Translations under genes and position numbers: made by a program | Notes under the pieces: generated by a model | Seen by the model: the letters and a program-made list of their open reading frames with translations, nothing else | What the model was told of the DNA's origin: nothing | Database searches by the model: none | Part shown: positions 46,601-46,688 of the stretch, in pieces | Layout of the letters: each line of letters starts with the position of its first letter | Numbering within the stretch: the first letter of the stretch is position 1 | Source of the DNA: Candidatus Thorarchaeota archaeon | Lineage (GTDB): Archaea > Asgardarchaeota > Thorarchaeia > Thorarchaeales > Thorarchaeaceae | DNA: 46,688 nt | Direction of reading: 5' to 3' | Assembly: GCA_048882045.1 (NCBI GenBank) | Contig: JBHLRZ010000027.1 | Location: 1 to 46,688 of the forward strand

Positions 46601-46688
46601 AAACTATGACCAAGACCGTATCTGATGCAGTGAGAGACCCGATATCAGTCACTTCTAGGACGTAGCTATATGTTCCTACTGCAAGCCC
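43659..46688 (-). CDS. Large cell-surface glycoprotein with tandem 92-aa Ig-like repeats, 5'-truncated by the window edge
   Basis: It has ten full repeats (D.TPPTIDSP...ITW.P.D..P.SY...SG.WNSS...G.YNYTI.V.D..GN), a Thr/Pro-rich linker and a C-terminal TM followed by RK. The frame is open to the window end. Confidence 0.88.
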   Translation of the reverse strand, partial: GLAVGTYSYVLEVTDIGSLTASDTVLVIVSDGTLPTIDSPIDIIYNEGATGYSITWNPSDLNPLNYTIYRNGVPVKSGLWNSSGESISISVDGLAKGSYNYMIVVEDVGSNTASDSVLVTVADGTDPTIDSPIDSDVVEGSSGNQISWNPYDLHPSSYQIYREHILVKSGTWNNSAESISFSVDGLTLGTYNVTIVVFDTSSRAAIDTVFVTVYDGTPPVVDHPADIDYPDGDTGYSITWSPSDLHPVSYQILLEGVDVKSGTWNSSGETMIISVDNLAIGSYNYTIVLVDIGGNIVTDEVIVTVYNADLPTIDQPANQTISEETSGLFVTWNPLDLNPSSYAIYQDGVLVKSGVWNSSAETISISLDGLSLGEYNFTAIVTDLDSNTASDTVWVTIFDGTPPVVDSPTDITYDEGSLGGTITWSPTDLHTVSYTIFLDGTPVKSGLWNSSGESISISINGHLVGDYNYTIRVLDVGGNIGTDTVFVYVLDGTPPTIDSPSDINYNEGAAGGSITWDPADSYPASYEIYRNYVLVKSGLWNLTSETISISVTGLSVGTYNFTIIVYDVGSNPATDIVWVAVSDATPPTIDSPIDGQIDEGQTGEKITWNPSDLNPTSYEIYRDEALFRSGLWNSSVETISVSLDGLNLGVHNFTIVVFDIGSNSANDTVLVTVIDGTTPNIDSPPDVFYNEGATGYSIIWNPSDLHPASYEILREGVQVKTGLWNSSSEAITINVDGLALGSYNFTIFVTDVGGNVANDTVYVNVSDGITPTIDTPPDITYNEGDTGYLIQWDPADAHPSGYEIFREGVLIISGLWNSSSETITVSVDGQSVGTCNYTIRVFDVGGSSASDTVMVFVQDGTPPTIDSPDDIVYNQGETGNSITWSPNDLHPASYEVYRDSVLIRTRAWNSSSESISISVDGLTQGEYNYTISVSDIGGNSITDQVTVTVQPSTTPITTTTTSQPTQTTTTESPPPSQNPLQEILLVVLTWVVTGIIVVGIAEVIIRKTS
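43850..46688. repeat. Intragenic tandem repeat, 276-nt period
   Basis: The GAGTTCCA anchor (WNS codons) recurs at 43960, 44236, 44512 and on to 46444, which is 9 x 276 nt from the first. Confidence 0.9.

Noticed and set aside
43850-46688. Periodic GAGTTCCA motifs as a CRISPR array
   Set aside because: The 276-nt period is a multiple of three inside an open reading frame, and the units are degenerate at codon third positions.

Overview
This is a gene-dense prokaryotic window, most likely archaeal. GGTGA/GGAGG ribosome-binding sites, TTTATA-type boxes, a CxxxY-type CcmE, and exported proteins with C-terminal TM anchors, basic tails and many N-glycosylation sequons suggest an Asgard (Thorarchaeia-like) source; that is inference from gene style only. 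The left part (1-12.3 kb) is housekeeping: mutL, mutS, transaldolase, rpe, an amidohydrolase, an iron-sulfur flavoprotein and a triple GATase-like surface protein. The central ~31 kb (12357-43579) reads as one membrane electron-transport island. It holds ccmABC(D)E and ccmF, including a 46-aa CcmD-like ORF missing from the ORF track. It also holds four paralogous FAD-oxidase + CCG/Fe-S gene pairs, His-rich cytochrome-b-like membrane proteins and mono-heme CX4CH exported proteins. A nine-motif multiheme cytochrome has an NrfA-like core with an unusual CxxCM motif at the catalytic-heme position. MenA, a long-chain prenyl synthase, a GGR-family reductase and two split-barrel flavin-binding proteins follow. 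The right end is a partial surface protein with exact 92-aa (276-nt) Ig-like repeats. I saw no rRNA, tRNA, CRISPR array or mobile element.
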